Source of the DNA: Tubulanus polymorphus
Lineage: Eukaryota > Animalia > Nemertea
Direction: 5' to 3'
DNA length: 64,000 nt
Assembly (NCBI RefSeq): GCF_964204645.1
Contig: NC_134025.1
Coordinates: forward strand, 26,516,299 to 26,580,298
Part shown: positions 1 to 14,007 of the stretch, piece after piece
How the letters are laid out: every line of letters starts with the position of its first letter
Numbering within the stretch: the first letter of the stretch is position 1
Notes under the pieces: generated by a model
What the model saw: the letters and a program-made list of their open reading frames with translations, nothing else
What the model was told of the DNA's origin: nothing
The model's database searches: none
Translations under genes and position numbers: made by a program

Positions 1-950
1 GTATTAAGGCAACTGTTAAAAACCTTAAGGTAAACGCGGTCCACCCACACTGTTGGTGTTAGATCGACATGTAACATAATAATACTTGCGTGGGCTGGAT
101 AATACCTCAGGGTACGTTAATCAAGCCTGTTGATGTATCCTTTCGTTTGAAAAAAAACATGCATTATTTATTGAAAGTTAGGTTCTTCTGAGGAAAGTTG
201 ACTTGATAATTTTTGATAAAGAGTACCTTAAATGTTTGTAATGGCATGAAGACATTTTTACTTGAAGCGACCGGTGAAACTTCACATCAAACTTTTAAGA
301 GATTCCTCTCTCTCCCTCTTCCTCTATTTGAAATTTCACCCTTTTCTGACCTGCTCATTCCTAGTTTACATCACTAGTCATGATTTATATTCCATAAATA
401 ATGATCAAAGTGATATTTATCGGGGGCCCTAGCTATTGGCTTGCTGGGGTTTCCTTCATTGTTTCATAATTTCAGAACGTATGCATTATTTATTGTGTAT
501 TATATTACCTGGTATTCATATTATTAATACAAGGAAAATAAAGATTCATTCATTCAATCCAGTGTCAGGGTAGTTCGGTATCACGATCGCAGATTTCTAT
601 TAAGCCTTGCATGAGGGTCATGTTCTTTGACATGGAAAATGTTTGCCTTTTAGGCCAGCTTTATTTGTATCCATTTAGAGATGGTTAGTAAGTTATCAAA
701 GCCTTAAAAAGCTGTAATCTTGGTTAAAAAGGATTTTAGAATTTAAACTAGCTGCAAGTAAGATGAATAACTACTGCTAATGTCAGCTGTTGCCTTTAAG
801 CAAATTATCCATCCCTGCGATTATAAGAAGACTGATAATGTTTGTTTTTCATCCGCCCTGTGAAGTCGTCCTTGTGGCTGAAAATTCATTTTCTAATGGC
901 TACGCTTTTCCGTGATTAATCGAAGTTTTATGATGAATTTTGCGTTGCAG

Positions 951-3421
951 GGTGAACGTCTCAGTCACGCTGTCGGCTGTGCATTCGCAATATGCCTAGA
1001 ACGGAAACAAAAAAGGGATAAAGAATCCGGAGTGACTGTTACGTACAGCGAAGATCGGACAAGTTTTACTCGTACCGGATCTTTTCGACAGACTACAATG
1101 ACTGAACGAATTGTCGATCCACAAAGTGCTATAGTCGCAGGTATGGTCATACGATGGCTGGAAAATTCGGGGTTCTTCGGATTATTTTGTGGAAGATGCC
1201 AATTAAGCGAAAGACCGACAGCACTTCGAGCTAATTCACTAGTTGATCAGGCAACGAGTAATTTCCCTCTTACAACCGTCCAATATCTCAATACGTGAAT
1301 ACTGTGAATTCGCCTTAATTAGGGCTGATAGATGATTTTCCCAACTGAACGCAGAGTGGTTGAGTTATGAGAATGCATGAAACGTTCTCCAGGGAATAGC
1401 AGTGGTGCTGCGCTGCCGCTTGCCATTATTTTATAGCTCTACATGGTTTCATTGTATTTGACTTGTTTTAACCCTTAACTCTATCTTTGCCGCGCTATTC
1501 TTCTGATAGTAGAAATTCTTGATTTATTTCAGAACCTGTTCCGATGAAAAAAGTGGATACACCGTATGCCGTACAACGACCACATGCAACGGTTTCTATG
1601 CTACAGCGAATGGGATCATTCAGGGGCTTTTCTAAATTAAATGAGTCTTCGTCCCCTTTTAAAAGACAATTATCTCTTAGACTGAGCGACTTACCATCCA
1701 CTTTGCAAAGACAACAAGCAATGGCTTTCGATAATAATGGCAACGTGAACAGTTCGAATGGTCCAGGTATGTACGCATACATATTCAATATTTACATACA
1801 CAAAGTTTATAAGGTAAATCACTGATTAGGAAGGATCATCCTGTAACTGTATCAGCATTCATCAATATAACGGTGAATTCATTTCCAAGCTTTTGATCGA
1901 GAAAGTTCATATTCGTAGCTACAACGCGTTTACCAGCTATCTAAAGTAAATGGCACCTATTATTGTCTTGAACATTGTTCATTAGAAGGATGATGAAGAG
2001 TACAACAAATGTGTTATTGAAATGATCGATAATATCTGTGCTACATAACCGGTACTGGTACACGGCGTGCGCGCTGTTCACACTGAAATGGTTCTGTTTG
2101 CCCGTAACCATGGTTACAGTATCAGCTGCTACGTGTGGTAGATGGTGTTATCTGTTTCGTTAAAACAAACATTGTTTGATGGGTATCAGGCATTGTGAAT
2201 CTTTCTGTATGTAGTGTGCGCGTTCGGAAGAAATAAATGCATTCAGCAAATAGAATATACAGTATATCGCATTGACTGTGAAAAGCGTAGGCGTTTGATA
2301 GATATCGTGGTACAGTAATAAAGCCTTTCGGCCATAAAACGTCTCATTCAATTTTTCTTTTTTAGCGAGTCCAATTGCCGAGGCTTCGCCAACTAAAGAA
2401 AATGCTGATAGTATTGCGGAGATGTGTCAACAGCTCAGTCAGGGTTTAACAGCGATGTCGTACGAAGGCTTTTCGAAGAATGTACGCGAAGGATCGGCCC
2501 ACTCTTCGGTTAACTCCACTCCACCTCCCCTTACTGCAGCTCTAGCCCCAGCACCAGGTAAATTGATTTCAACCTGTGAAGCGCAGTGCTCAATTCCAGT
2601 TGTCGGAAAAGGTGGCTGGACCAGGAAAAATAAGCTAATCAGAAAAACATAAGGAATTTGACAAATAGCAAAACCTGGAAAGCCTGGGAAATTGGACATG
2701 CTAATTAAACACGTGTTTCATAATCAATACGTGATTGATGAAGCATGAATAAATTGTAACATCTTAGACCTAGAAAATTCTCCATTTACCTGCTGATTCA
2801 CTCAGGGACTTTTATCTAATAACATGGGGTAACTCAGGGAATATGAAAAGGGCGGAAAGTGTCTCATGAGATTTGACTTGTTACTCAATTTTTAACCCAG
2901 AACTGTTGCATATCTCTTCCATTTGCTGATTGACAATTGTTTATGATATCGTTCTAGGTACTGAGGCTATCCGTCAAAATAATCCATGGGGAAGTCCTTC
3001 ACATTTGGAGCCACACTTGGAGTCGAGTGCATCAACAACAATGACAGTAATAGATTGGTCGAAATCGCGTAACACCTCTAACAACGGAGACGGTGAACTG
3101 TTTCCACTCAACAACCAATACAATAGTGCATCGGCATTTTCTCGGGCTCCAGCCCTCTCCCAGATTAGAAGCCATTCCATTGATACAGGTGAGGTTTACT
3201 CCGCGAGGCAGATGCAGTCGTCACGAGCTCCGACATTACGAGAAATGGGCCATTCCAGCTCTACCACCCGCAACTGGCAGAGCATGTCCAGTCCACAGGG
3301 CCCGAATCTAGAGGATCCATTCGATGTTGCTTGGGCGGCTAAGGCAGCTGCAGCGAAAAATAGTACTAATACCAATCCGTTTAATAATAAATCAGTGAAA
3401 GCATTTGAGGTAAATTTATAA
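951..3421 (+). CDS. numb: Numb (3' part; upstream PTB-domain exons lie outside the window)
   Basis: Exons 951-1140, 1533-1766, 2366-2557, 2958-3421 join in frame with AG/GT boundaries. They encode the PTB C-terminus ([25 protein letters not shown]), NumbF-like segments ([32 protein letters not shown]) and the typical C-terminal DPF, NPF and KAFEVNL end. Confidence 0.95.
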
Positions 3422-5285
3422 CAGTGTACATTAGATTTCGCATCTCAATGGACCTACCTAAACATATCTATTAATATCGAAAATAAAGTAAAACTAGTTT
3501 GTCTGGAATGATATTGTTAGTGCCGGGGTATACATTATGACCAGTCATTGGATCAAGTAAGACATTTGTTGAAGCAGATACAGGTATTGCAAGCATATAC
3601 TGTTGGAAGATGAAATAGGTGCTTTTATAAGAATGTGAGCTATGTTTTATTTCAGTATTTTGTTTATATTGATTATTTATCTTCTGAACCCTATTCTTTT
3701 TTCACATATTTACGCAATTTATTTTAACGATGCGCATCATAGCCTGTTATATCTATTTCACTCATTATAAATGATAGTGCTCAAAAGTCTAGCTCAGGCC
3801 ATTCTTAAATCAAAGTGATCATCATCATCATAATGTAAAATCTCAAGTGATTAATCAGTATGTTATTTGGCCTATATTGCACACATTAGGTAAACTGGTA
3901 TGTTTAAATCATTCATGCTCTCAATTTTTACTTTAATGCATCACTTATGCCTATTGCAGGACACGTATACTTAACAAAACTCTCAGTCCGAAATGATTTT
4001 GTAATGAACTCTTAATTTTAAGTGATCATAGTTGAGTTAATACGTCATAATAATGCAAGTAAACATTCAGCAGTCATTGTATTCCACAAGCTTCTGTGAT
4101 TATCACTTGAGTGAGCTAAAATAGCTGATATGGTACGAGAGCATTTTATTATTTTCTTTGGCTTCATTTTTCATTTCTTACATACCGGCCAGTAAAAGAC
4201 AAAAAAATTATTATTTGAAATAAACAGTGACATCTCTGATGGATTACCACATAATCAATTGTTGTTTCCGGAAGCAATGGCATTATGCATTTCTGGTATT
4301 GTGAAGTCAATTAAATAATGAATAGGTTCCCTTCATTATCATCATCACTATCATCTTTATGTCATCTTTATTCTTATTGCGTTATCATGTACAAAATTGT
4401 GGTATATATTATTATAACGGATATCTTATAAATTCTTTTTTAAATATGTAAATATTGATGTATCAAATCACTTGATCATTATCTATAATACAATATTAGA
4501 TGTAAATATAGAAATGATATGTTTTAAATCTGTTATACAGAAAATTGGAACAGAACTACGAATATTTAATTTTATAAATGACAATTAAATGTTGTGATGC
4601 TTGTTCTTCGCCAGATCCACTGTTACTGATCTGTCCGGGATTTCAATTGAAGCTTGGTTTGCTTGTCAGTTATTGAACATAGATTAAGGTGAAATTTGAA
4701 TTCCCAGGCATAGGTCAGAAAGTCTCTAACCAACATAGCCTATGTATTTGCTTCTGTATTTAATGTCAGTAAAAAGTTCAAACGATTTCGTCCAAATTTA
4801 TGCTCGATTCATAAATAGAACATTTTTCTATTTAGAAGTAACTTATCTGTGAGGAAATGTCCGTAGCAACTTGATGTGATGTTTCACATACTGAATGAAT
4901 ATACACCTACTAGGAAAATAGTTATCTAAGGGAAAAAGGGCATATTCTATTGTAGAATTATGATTAGGCTTAGCCTACTACATTTTAAATCATAAAAGAA
5001 GTAACAAGATAAATACATTCTGGTATAGGAAATGTAGATTGTGAACAAGATCGACATTCTGTTCCAATATATCTGCCAATCACAATTCCTTGGCGGAAAC
5101 AAATAGAATTTGTTTTAAAATGGGAAATAATAAACTGTAAAGAGTATCAATGAAAAAGTATGTAGTTATTGTTTTATTTGCTGGAAAAAATTATTTAATG
5201 TCAATGAAGGATTTCAAATCACTGGTTGATCATTATATCACTCATAGTTCATAGCACATTATATCTTGTGGTATCCTACTGGATA

Positions 5286-6604
5286 TCACGAGTTGCCGGC
5301 TTTCGATCTGCTGGGCCCAGCGATTGGTACATCTCTCTCATCCCATAAAGTCACTCCATCACAAGCACATATTCGTTTTGTGTTTTGAAATAGTCCAGCG
5401 GAACGTGCTATTATTCCACAAGCCAACCTGAAACAAGAGGAGATAATTTGCATCCTAAAACTCATTCGTCAAGCAAGTCGAATATCGAGTCGTAACTACA
5501 CGTATATACTTTTACCTGCTCATCGATGAGGTACTCTGTATCGAGCTGACTACTATTGATCTTCCAATTAAATCCCAGACCCTCAGGTTCTTATTATCGA
5601 ATCGGAAAGTCGATCTACCTGAATCAGCGGCACTTATTTCACCAATAACTCCAATAGGCTGAAAGATCGAAAATTACTATTAAATGATAAATCGAAATAC
5701 ACTATCCAAAATGAGCAAAACTTTTTATCAATCACCTAAAAAATCAGTACATACATTTTCTTTGGAGTTATCGCAACCATATATGCCACCACAACTGAAA
5801 TCCAATAGTAACAAATTGTAAACTATACAATAAGCATTATGCAGCACAAGGAAAGATTTGCCGCCTTACCTTTCACAGCCATTAGAGATATCTCCATATT
5901 GATGAACTGCAAGTTGACAATGTCCGACTGGTAAACCATCAATCGTTCCATCAATCACAAATGTTGTCTCATCAGTTTGTACCATTCTAACTACTCCCTT
6001 ACAAGTTCCTATCGTTCCTGCCATCATCGCAACTGCAGCACCTAAACTCTTACCTGGACAGGTATAATAAAACTGACCCGTTACTCAATGGAAGCTATTT
6101 CATCAATTGTCTGAGAAAATGAGGAATAAAATGATAGTTTAATCACCTGTACTACCACCAAGACCTTTGATCACTGCTCTGCGTCCTGTTTCTTCAATAA
6201 CTGATTTGATTGTATCTGAAGGAAGTTCAGTTTCAACCACAACTAACTCCTTCTCTAAATCCACGGTGAAGTCAGTTTCATTGATACCTGCGCAGAAAGA
6301 TTAAATTCAATTTTGGAATGAATCGCCTCAAGTCGAAGACGTTGAAATTCCAGATTTTCAAACTTTATACTGTATTATTACCATTTTTTGTGAGAACAGA
6401 TTTGATGGCTGAAACACAGCTATTGCAAGTCATTTGAACCGCAAATTCTATCTGTAATATACTTCAACACTTATAAATAGCAATCGAGACGTTGATGCTG
6501 TATATTGATTTGTAAAATATAATTTGATTTGAATTTTACATTTTTCCTATTGTAAAACGCTTTCTACGCTCATCAAACGGTTTTACCTTCGATTTACTCG
6601 ACAT
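5286..6604 (-). CDS. CCS: Copper chaperone for superoxide dismutase, 7 exons
   Basis: Exons 6604-6587, 6451-6382, 6287-6147, 6053-5870, 5794-5755, 5658-5516, 5427-5286 join in frame. Domain I has [12 protein letters not shown] (MxCxxC), domain II is SOD-like ([25 protein letters not shown]) and domain III has the CxC motif ([14 protein letters not shown]). Missed by the ORF track because the exons are short. Confidence 0.95.
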
Positions 6605-6879
6605 CTTTAAATTAACGTTTCTATAAGACTGAAAAGTGTATCTTATGCTTGGGAGTAAAGACCAGAACACCACTAAAACCAGCAAAAACACGAAAAATCC
6701 ATTTCCGCATGTATTATCGCATGTTCGTACATACATGCACATGTATGACGTCACGCAGCCGAGCTCGATTGTTACACGCATGCGCATCCGGTTTCGGATT
6801 TGAAATTGTTGTCGCGAGAAATGAATGATTTGTCGATAATTAAACGTTGATTTAGCTTATTGAGATATAATTTATCAGC
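6605..6879. promoter_or_regulatory. Probable bidirectional promoter between CCS and the G2E3/PHF7-like gene
   Basis: Only 275 bp separate the divergent ATGs. The interval contains a perfect CRE TGACGTCA (6746-6753) and an NRF1-type ACGCATGCGCA (6776-6786). Confidence 0.7.
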
Positions 6880-9800
6880 ATGGATACGATCTCTGGTAAG
6901 ATATTGCCGATATTGATTAGATTAGTGATGTAATGATGAGTGATATCGCTTAAAATCAGCGGATTAGTCATTAAACACTCGTTCCCGCGGTGACAGCCTA
7001 CATACAGGCAGTAGTCTGGGCAAACTCCTTTGGTTTCTTAGTCTTAAAAGTCATTCATTTATTACGTACGCATTAGGGGAGAGGGAGGGGTCAGTGCAAT
7101 TGCGTACTGTAATGCTTAATGTATATGAAAGAATGGCCAATTTTGCGTACAGAGGGGGGTTGAAAAAATCAAATTTTATGCGTACGTAATCAATGTTTGA
7201 CCCCTATCTAGGTTCTAGTTAAATGAGGTTCAAACAAGAATTCTGAAATATCATTTTATCCAATTCCTAATGAATAAGATTTAATGCACAGGCATCAAAT
7301 CTTCATTCATCTTGTGGAGAATTTGCAGAGAGCATTATTTCGGAAGAAGTGTCTAATTTGACGTGTCTGTGACTGAATGATGGAAGGTATGACCAGCAGC
7401 CCAAATGGCCAACCTTAAAACTATAGCGACTTAGCGTCTTAGAGTTTGATTAATATTCTTGTTGACTTGGTCTGAGATTTCTATTGGCCTGTGTCTAATA
7501 GTATTGGTGTTTATTTTTGTTGCAGAACATTGTGACAAACCTAAAAAGATAAAAAAGAAGAAAAGACATTCTGTTGCTGAGCCAGGGACATGTTTATTTT
7601 GTGGCACATCGTCGAAAGATGAAAATTTCTATGGAAAGTTATTTTCATTGAATGGAATATCAGTGCATTACTTTTGTATGGTAAGTTTCTACTAGATTTT
7701 GAGAAACCTTTAAAATATACTGATTTGGTCTGAGTCGGTTTTTTTTTTTAGCTTTTTTCCAGTGGATTATGTCAAAATGGTGGTTCTGAAAAGGATGGAA
7801 TACTCGGGTTTTTAACTATCGATATCAAAAAGGAATATCGACGTGGAAAGCGTTTAGTTAGTATTGTACCGTAGATCTACTCACTGGTTTATTGCTGTCT
7901 TACTCATTTCTTCTTGTGAGTCAAAATATATTTTCTGTTTCAGAAATGTGGCTATTGTAAAAATAAGGGAGCCACAATAGGATGTTGCATGAAGGCGTGC
8001 AGAATGATGTTTCATTTTGATTGTGGAAGAAAAAATGGTGCTTTGCATCAGTTCTTCGGAACCTACAGGTACAAAATGGAAGTGTCTAGAAATTGATAAA
8101 GTTTGGAACAAACCATGCAAATGTATTGGCACAGCATCTGCAATTTAGGATTCATTTTTATGCTGCGTTCGCTGTGCTGTAGGTGATCTGTGGCATGTGA
8201 AAATCGCACTGATATTTTTGCAAAACATCCATTAGATGTAAAGAAAGTCTTTGCTAAAAACAAAATGCGCACGCGATACGCTGCCTTCTGATCGTAGAGA
8301 ATCTGTCCACTCGGCTCCGGGTGAATAGATTCGCGTAGTGCGTCCCCCACTTGAATTGTCTGAAGTGTCATGAATATTTTTGGTAAGGCCTACTCATGAA
8401 TACTGTTAAAAAAGTGTGTAAAACAGTTAGTAGAAAAGATTCTTTTCTCTTTCAGTTCTTACTGTCACAGTCACAGACTCAAACAGCAGATACCACCAGA
8501 TAGGACGTATTCAGACCCATGTCCAATATGTATGACTCCGGTTGAAACGGTGCCTTCATTACAATCATTGAAACCTCAATGCTGCAGGAAAACATGGTTT
8601 CATAGATCCTGCATTGAGGTAAGATTTTAGATTCACCAGAAACTAATAGCAAGTAGTACTGATTACAGGCAAACTTTCGAAAGTCATCACATTACAAGTT
8701 ATATAATATCAGCTAGGGCGTATGAATGTCAAAATCATTTTTTATTCCCATTCAAAATGCTTTTAAAATCTGTCTTGGAGCTGTAGTTTGCATTACAGGG
8801 TTGGAGGTCCCAATTCTCTTATTTCTTGATTGAATCTTTCAATAATTGATAAGTCGTGGGCTCACCTTATATTTGACTTGCACGAGTTCAGCTATAGAAC
8901 TTGCAGTTTGCGATCATGAGCTTAAAGCTATTTGTCAAAATATTCTCGCATATTATTTCTTACAGAAATTTGCTGTATCTGCTGGGTTGTACTTTTTCAA
9001 ATGTCCGATGTGTAACAACAAAGATGAATTCCAAAGTGAGATGTTGAAATTTGGTATTTATATTCCTGACCAGTAAGTTGATTATATAACCTTGAATTGT
9101 TAAGAAAAACTGATTTTAGATGTATTGAAAAATTGTAAATCGTTATGTTATATTTAAAGTTCAAATCTATTTCTATATATAATATTAGAGATGCTACTTG
9201 GGAACGCGAACCAAATGCCTTTGTTGATCTTATTGAGAGATACAACCATTGTGATAGTACTGAGTGTTTCTGTCCAAAGGGTCGAGACTTCAATAAAGAT
9301 GACACGTAAGTACATTATGTACATGCACATATGCAATAAATTTGGATCATTCCTGATCAGCGAGAGACCAACAAAATTCATCTGAAGATTCAAAATCTTA
9401 CATAACTGGCATATTGATTAAAGAGAAAATAGAATAATTCCATTTGATCAAAATCTAGATTTGCTAAAATTGTACTCAATCCTTGAGTTTGATGTTTTAC
9501 TTGCACTTATTTGTAGGAAATGGGAAATAGTTTTATGTGACTTGTGTGGTTCTAGTGGCACTCATCTAAAGTGTCAGAAATTGAAATCTCATATGGATAA
9601 TTGGTCATGTACAACTTGTAAAAATACAGATGCTGCTGGTAAGTGTTCATTTACTGGCTAGATTATTTCTGTAAAATCCATTTCTACGTTCAATCAAACA
9701 TTCTGCTCTTCAGCTAAAAGCTGCGCAAGCAAACCTAACAAAACGGAAAATGAGTACACAAAGATCCTTAAAAAGAAAGCGGAAAGCGAATACCCCTCCT

Positions 9801-12737
9801 CGTCGAAAAGTAAATTACTGTTAACTGTGAAGGATAAACCAAAAAAACGCAAACATAGTGCGACTCATATTACTGTAAAAAGGCGGAAAACAGCAGCAAC
9901 GTCAACAGTTACCCTCACTCAAGTAAGGTTTTATCAGTTTTATTTTGGTAAATAATCTTAGTCCTCCTACCCATTCGACTATAACCAGAAATGCTAGTTT
10001 TCCGGAAATTTAGGATCACCGATGTCAATTCCGGAAATTTGGTGAGAATTCCTCGCGGCAACCAGTAATGGCACGGACTGTAAAAGCGTTCGTTTGCTTG
10101 TACTCATCGTAGCTTCTGTGTGATTTTATCTTGGTCTCTGTTTCTGAGGACTTTCTGCTACAATGTATATATGTGTGCTTGTTGTGGTATCTGTGCGTGC
10201 GTAGGCGGAGCGCCACTGTTGTGACGCCATTTCCAATTAAAAGTCAATTATCTTTACGCGCCGTTGTACATCGTCCCGCTGACGGCCAACAATGTGAAGA
10301 TGCATGTGGTAATAATTAAGATGATATTTAATAAATATCATCTTAATTATTACCACGCGCGTGCTATGTCCCGAGGCACGCAGCTTTGTAACTTTCTTTT
10401 TGCGGGGCGGTCTGCAAAATGAGCACGCACGGAAAGATTGTCAGTCGGGAGTTTGCCGATATAAAGGCAATTGACAGCGGTATAAAAAATAAATTTAACT
10501 GGCACTGGCTAGAGTGTAAGGACAGTAACGGGGACTACTTATCGAACTACATTCGTAAGATAGACTTAGCTGGCGTGGCGTACTGCGTCGTTTGTAAAGA
10601 CCAGGTCAAATACGGTAGTGGCGGGAAAAAGATATTCTTCGTCACCCGGATAGCGCGCGGCATAAGAAGGCAGCGAGGGATGTGAAGCACAACGAATGCC
10701 TGCCGACGTATTTTTTAGATGAAAGATGCCGATCGTGATACTGCATCTCTGGCGATGCAAAAACGCAAAATTTTTTCTGGGGGAGGACCCCCAGACCCCC
10801 TGTTCTAAATTCCGGAATTTTGGTACTTTGACCCTAGCATCTCTGTATAACCTAATAGTCATCTTCAAGAATGAAGATGACTATTAAGTTATAGTTGAAA
10901 GGTCAATTTAAATTATTAGCTTGGAGGAAACTCGTTTTATTAGTGTGGGATTCTCTATATATCGTTACAGCACGGAATAGTGTTTCACCAATGGTTATTT
11001 AGGCGTTTGTTTGGAATTTGAGACAATTTTGTACATGTGCAGTTTCTCCCCGTACTCTCTGTAAAGATTATGAATATTTTGGAAATTTTGTATTTTGTTT
11101 TGAAAAATCCAGGTTTTTTACTGAATGTAGAAAATGAACAATGACAATATGTAAAAATTCCACTTTACACCAATCTTTCCACTGCTTAATGAAATTTTGT
11201 TAGCTTTTATCTCACGATATCAAATCGTATTTTGCTTTCAGTGTGCCAACAGCGAGATAGATAATTCCAATACAAGTGCTCTTCCAGCGACAGAGAAATC
11301 ATTATCTGGCAAAGAAAAGATGAAAAAGCAAGGATCTAATAGATTTTGGACCTATATTCCCACTCCTCCTCCTCCAGAACATTCTCCCTCGAAGGTCTCG
11401 CCGTCAAAAATTCTCAATAAGAGACTCCGTTCGCAAAGATCGAGCAATGATCAGGGACAACTAACTACAGCTCATGATAGTGAATCATCAGACTCCGATT
11501 CATCTCAATTGATCTCTTCAAATTCAGCTAAGAAATCACTGATGACTGAAGCTTCAGTTGTTTCTTACCATCCTATTGTTTCTTTGCCTACATTTTCCGA
11601 TAATCAAAGCGCAAAATTTGAACCTACATGTACCGGCTTTGATACTAAATCATCTCATGCAAAAGAAATGATGAAACAACCCAAAAATAAGAAACTTCGC
11701 AAAAACACAGCGCGTAAATCAATGCAGCGATCAGCTAGTAGCAATTATAAACTGTTGAATCAGGTGAATAGTACAACGTGGAAAGTGACTCCAGATTTTT
11801 CTCCGAATTCTCACGAAGTTGCGGCACCAGTTTCAATTACGGTTGATTCGGATTCCGATGACGACATCAAAATAACAAGCGTGAAACTAAACAGTTATAA
11901 ATGTGTTTGTCACGCCGTGAAACCGCGACGTTTCGTTCCTCGAAATCCGGGAATTATTGTCGATTTAACGTTAAATAGCGACACCGATACCGAGAATACG
12001 ACATCGATTGAATCATTTACCTCAGATAAACATGATCCGAACTGTAAAACTGGGGTTAGATTGAATGATGAAATTCCTGCACATTCGTTATACGTTGACA
12101 GAGATTCGGCGAACATGCGTAAGCTATTGATTGCCGATAGTTGCGTTGCTAATAAAACAACTGAGTACTGTGATCTTAACGACCTCGTGAAATTAGGATG
12201 TCCTCAAATTGTGGCGCCTTCATCAGTTATATCTGTTGAATATGAGGGAATAAAATCAGCGTCGAAGTCGCCAAAGATGTATCATAATTGCAATTCTAAT
12301 CAATCGCCGAGAGGAATAAAACTCTTCAGTCCTACACAAGTGGCGAAAATATACGGTGAAATTAAGCGCACTGGAAACTGCGATGCAAACCTGAGGTAAG
12401 AAACATATATAGTGCCGGTGCTTTCATTATTGGGAGATGTCCTCCAATAGACCAAATATAACTTGAACCTGTACAAAATACTGTTTTTGTGTTGTAGATC
12501 ACCTAACTCTCTCGCCTTACTAATGGGGCACTCCCAGCCTTCAGCACATACCACAGATGTAAGTATGATGTTCATAACTATTAAAGCATTCACAATGAAT
12601 GGTAGTGAATTTGGGTCAGCATTGGCACAATGAACCCTGAATTATACTGGTGTGAAGAAAATGGATTTTTCTTGTATTTTTAGAATAGATCAAGTGGTAA
12701 ACCAGTTGGAGTAGTGCAGCCCCTGGACTTTGTTTAG
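6880..12737 (+). CDS. G2E3/PHF7-like PHD/RING zinc-finger protein without a HECT domain
   Basis: Exons 6880-6895, 7526-7680, 7752-7856, 7944-8068, 8456-8618, 8966-9072, 9189-9305, 9517-9638, 9714-9922, 11242-12395, probably then 12498-12558 and 12684-12737 (alternatively stopping at 12399). Family-like motifs: VHYFCMLFSSGL, GILGFLTIDIKKE, CGYCKNKGATIGC, WFHRSCI, AGLYFFKCPMCNNKDEF, IYIPDQDATWE, WEIVLCDLCGSSGTH; then a long Ser/Lys-rich low-complexity tail. Confidence 0.88.
7045..7206. mobile_element. Small MITE-like element in intron 1 of the G2E3/PHF7-like gene
   Basis: Imperfect ~28-bp terminal inverted repeats: taaaagtcattcatttattacgtacgca versus the reverse complement of the right end, taggggtcaaacattgattacgtacgca; G-rich interior. 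A PIF/Harbinger affinity is a guess. Confidence 0.55.
9986..10845 (+). mobile_element. Internally deleted non-autonomous DNA transposon (hAT-like) in an intron
   Basis: 12-bp TIRs cagaaatgctag / ctagcatctctg (1 mismatch), 6-bp direct repeat tataac on both flanks and subterminal ttccggaa repeats at both ends. It carries a truncated ORF at 10419-10685 with W..CxxC spacing (NWHWLE...YIRKIDLAGVAYCVVCKDQVKYG) resembling a transposase N-terminal BED-like finger. Confidence 0.75.
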
Positions 12738-14007
12738 CTCATACACTTCACTACTCATTCTAGTAGATGGAGATTGAAACTAGAGAAACCTCATCAACTA
12801 TTAAAACCTAAATGTCCATAGAATTTGACCCAGGGATGTATATAGTGGCTTCAAAGCAATATTTAAAATAGCATTCATAACATTCATCAATTTCTTGTAA
12901 TGCGCTTTTGATGTTTACAAATATCTACAAATATCTACAGCCTATTGATGATTGACTATTTATGTACATACTATAAATCTCTGTATAGTGATTGTATTAG
13001 AATGATCATGTAGAATGTAGCAGTAAATATATTTTCGCTTTGTATGCAATGCAATATTAGATTGAATATTTTCTCATTGATACTAATTGAAGCCGGGGGG
13101 AGGAAAGTGCTTGAGATCATGAAAAGAGAATCTTGTAGTATTTTACCATTGTAGTTATAGTAGTTAGTTTTATTTTCACTTAGGAAAATAATATCCCCTC
13201 CCCCTAGAGCAATATTAAGCATAATGTATGTATGAAGAAGACGTCCTCCGCGTCATGGATGTGTACATACGCGTACCTTACAATAGAAAGAATTGAAAGT
13301 GGTAATTTTGTGATCAATTCCATTTGGCATGTCTTCCTGTATGATTTTGCATTATCTTCCATTTGAAATGTCTTCCTATGTATTTCATCAATATTGTCCT
13401 CTGGTTATGGATGCATAGTTATATTTTAATACATTTTATGGACTGGGAAACTGTTGTGATATTTTAATGGTTTGGTTGGTGCCTGGTTGTGATCCTTTTA
13501 GTGCTTCTTTTGGAGAACTTTAGTGAATGTTTTGATTTGTGCTCATTTTTCACTTAGGCATACAAGTTTACTAAAAATATTGGGCACATATATCATTTCT
13601 GGGCAATAACATGCCATCACTGCATGTCCTAGTGCATGAATAACATAAGTGAGACCTATTGGTCCCATGAGATCCGAGGAAAGTGAAAATTAATGTGTTA
13701 GTAAGATATTGATTGTCATTATTATATATTGTCTGAAAATCTTGAAGTATAAAATTTAATTTGCTTTAAATTCTTTCTGTGGCATGTGAGTCATCGCTAG
13801 TCTTATAATAGTGGCTTTAGAAAATAGATTTAAAAAGCAGATCCCCATATAAAACTTGGACGTTGATGCAAATATTCATCAAAACAAACTAGAGTTGAAT
13901 GAATGATGTATGAAATTGAAGAAAATACATGTATATGTATTCCTCACATGCCACAGTTGATTAACAAGGCTGTATTAGATCTCAACCCATCAGTGCTGCC
14001 CCTATGA

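Noticed and set aside
2584-2702. Possible MITE in a numb intron
   Set aside because: Terminal inverted similarity is too weak and there is no TSD.
3422-5285. Long ORF-free AT-rich stretch
   Set aside because: Consistent with the convergent 3' UTRs of numb and CCS; no structure found.
8299-8332. GC-rich intronic hairpin (gaatctgtccactcgg...ccgggtgaatagattc)
   Set aside because: Short and imperfect, with no convincing snoRNA boxes or miRNA-length stem.
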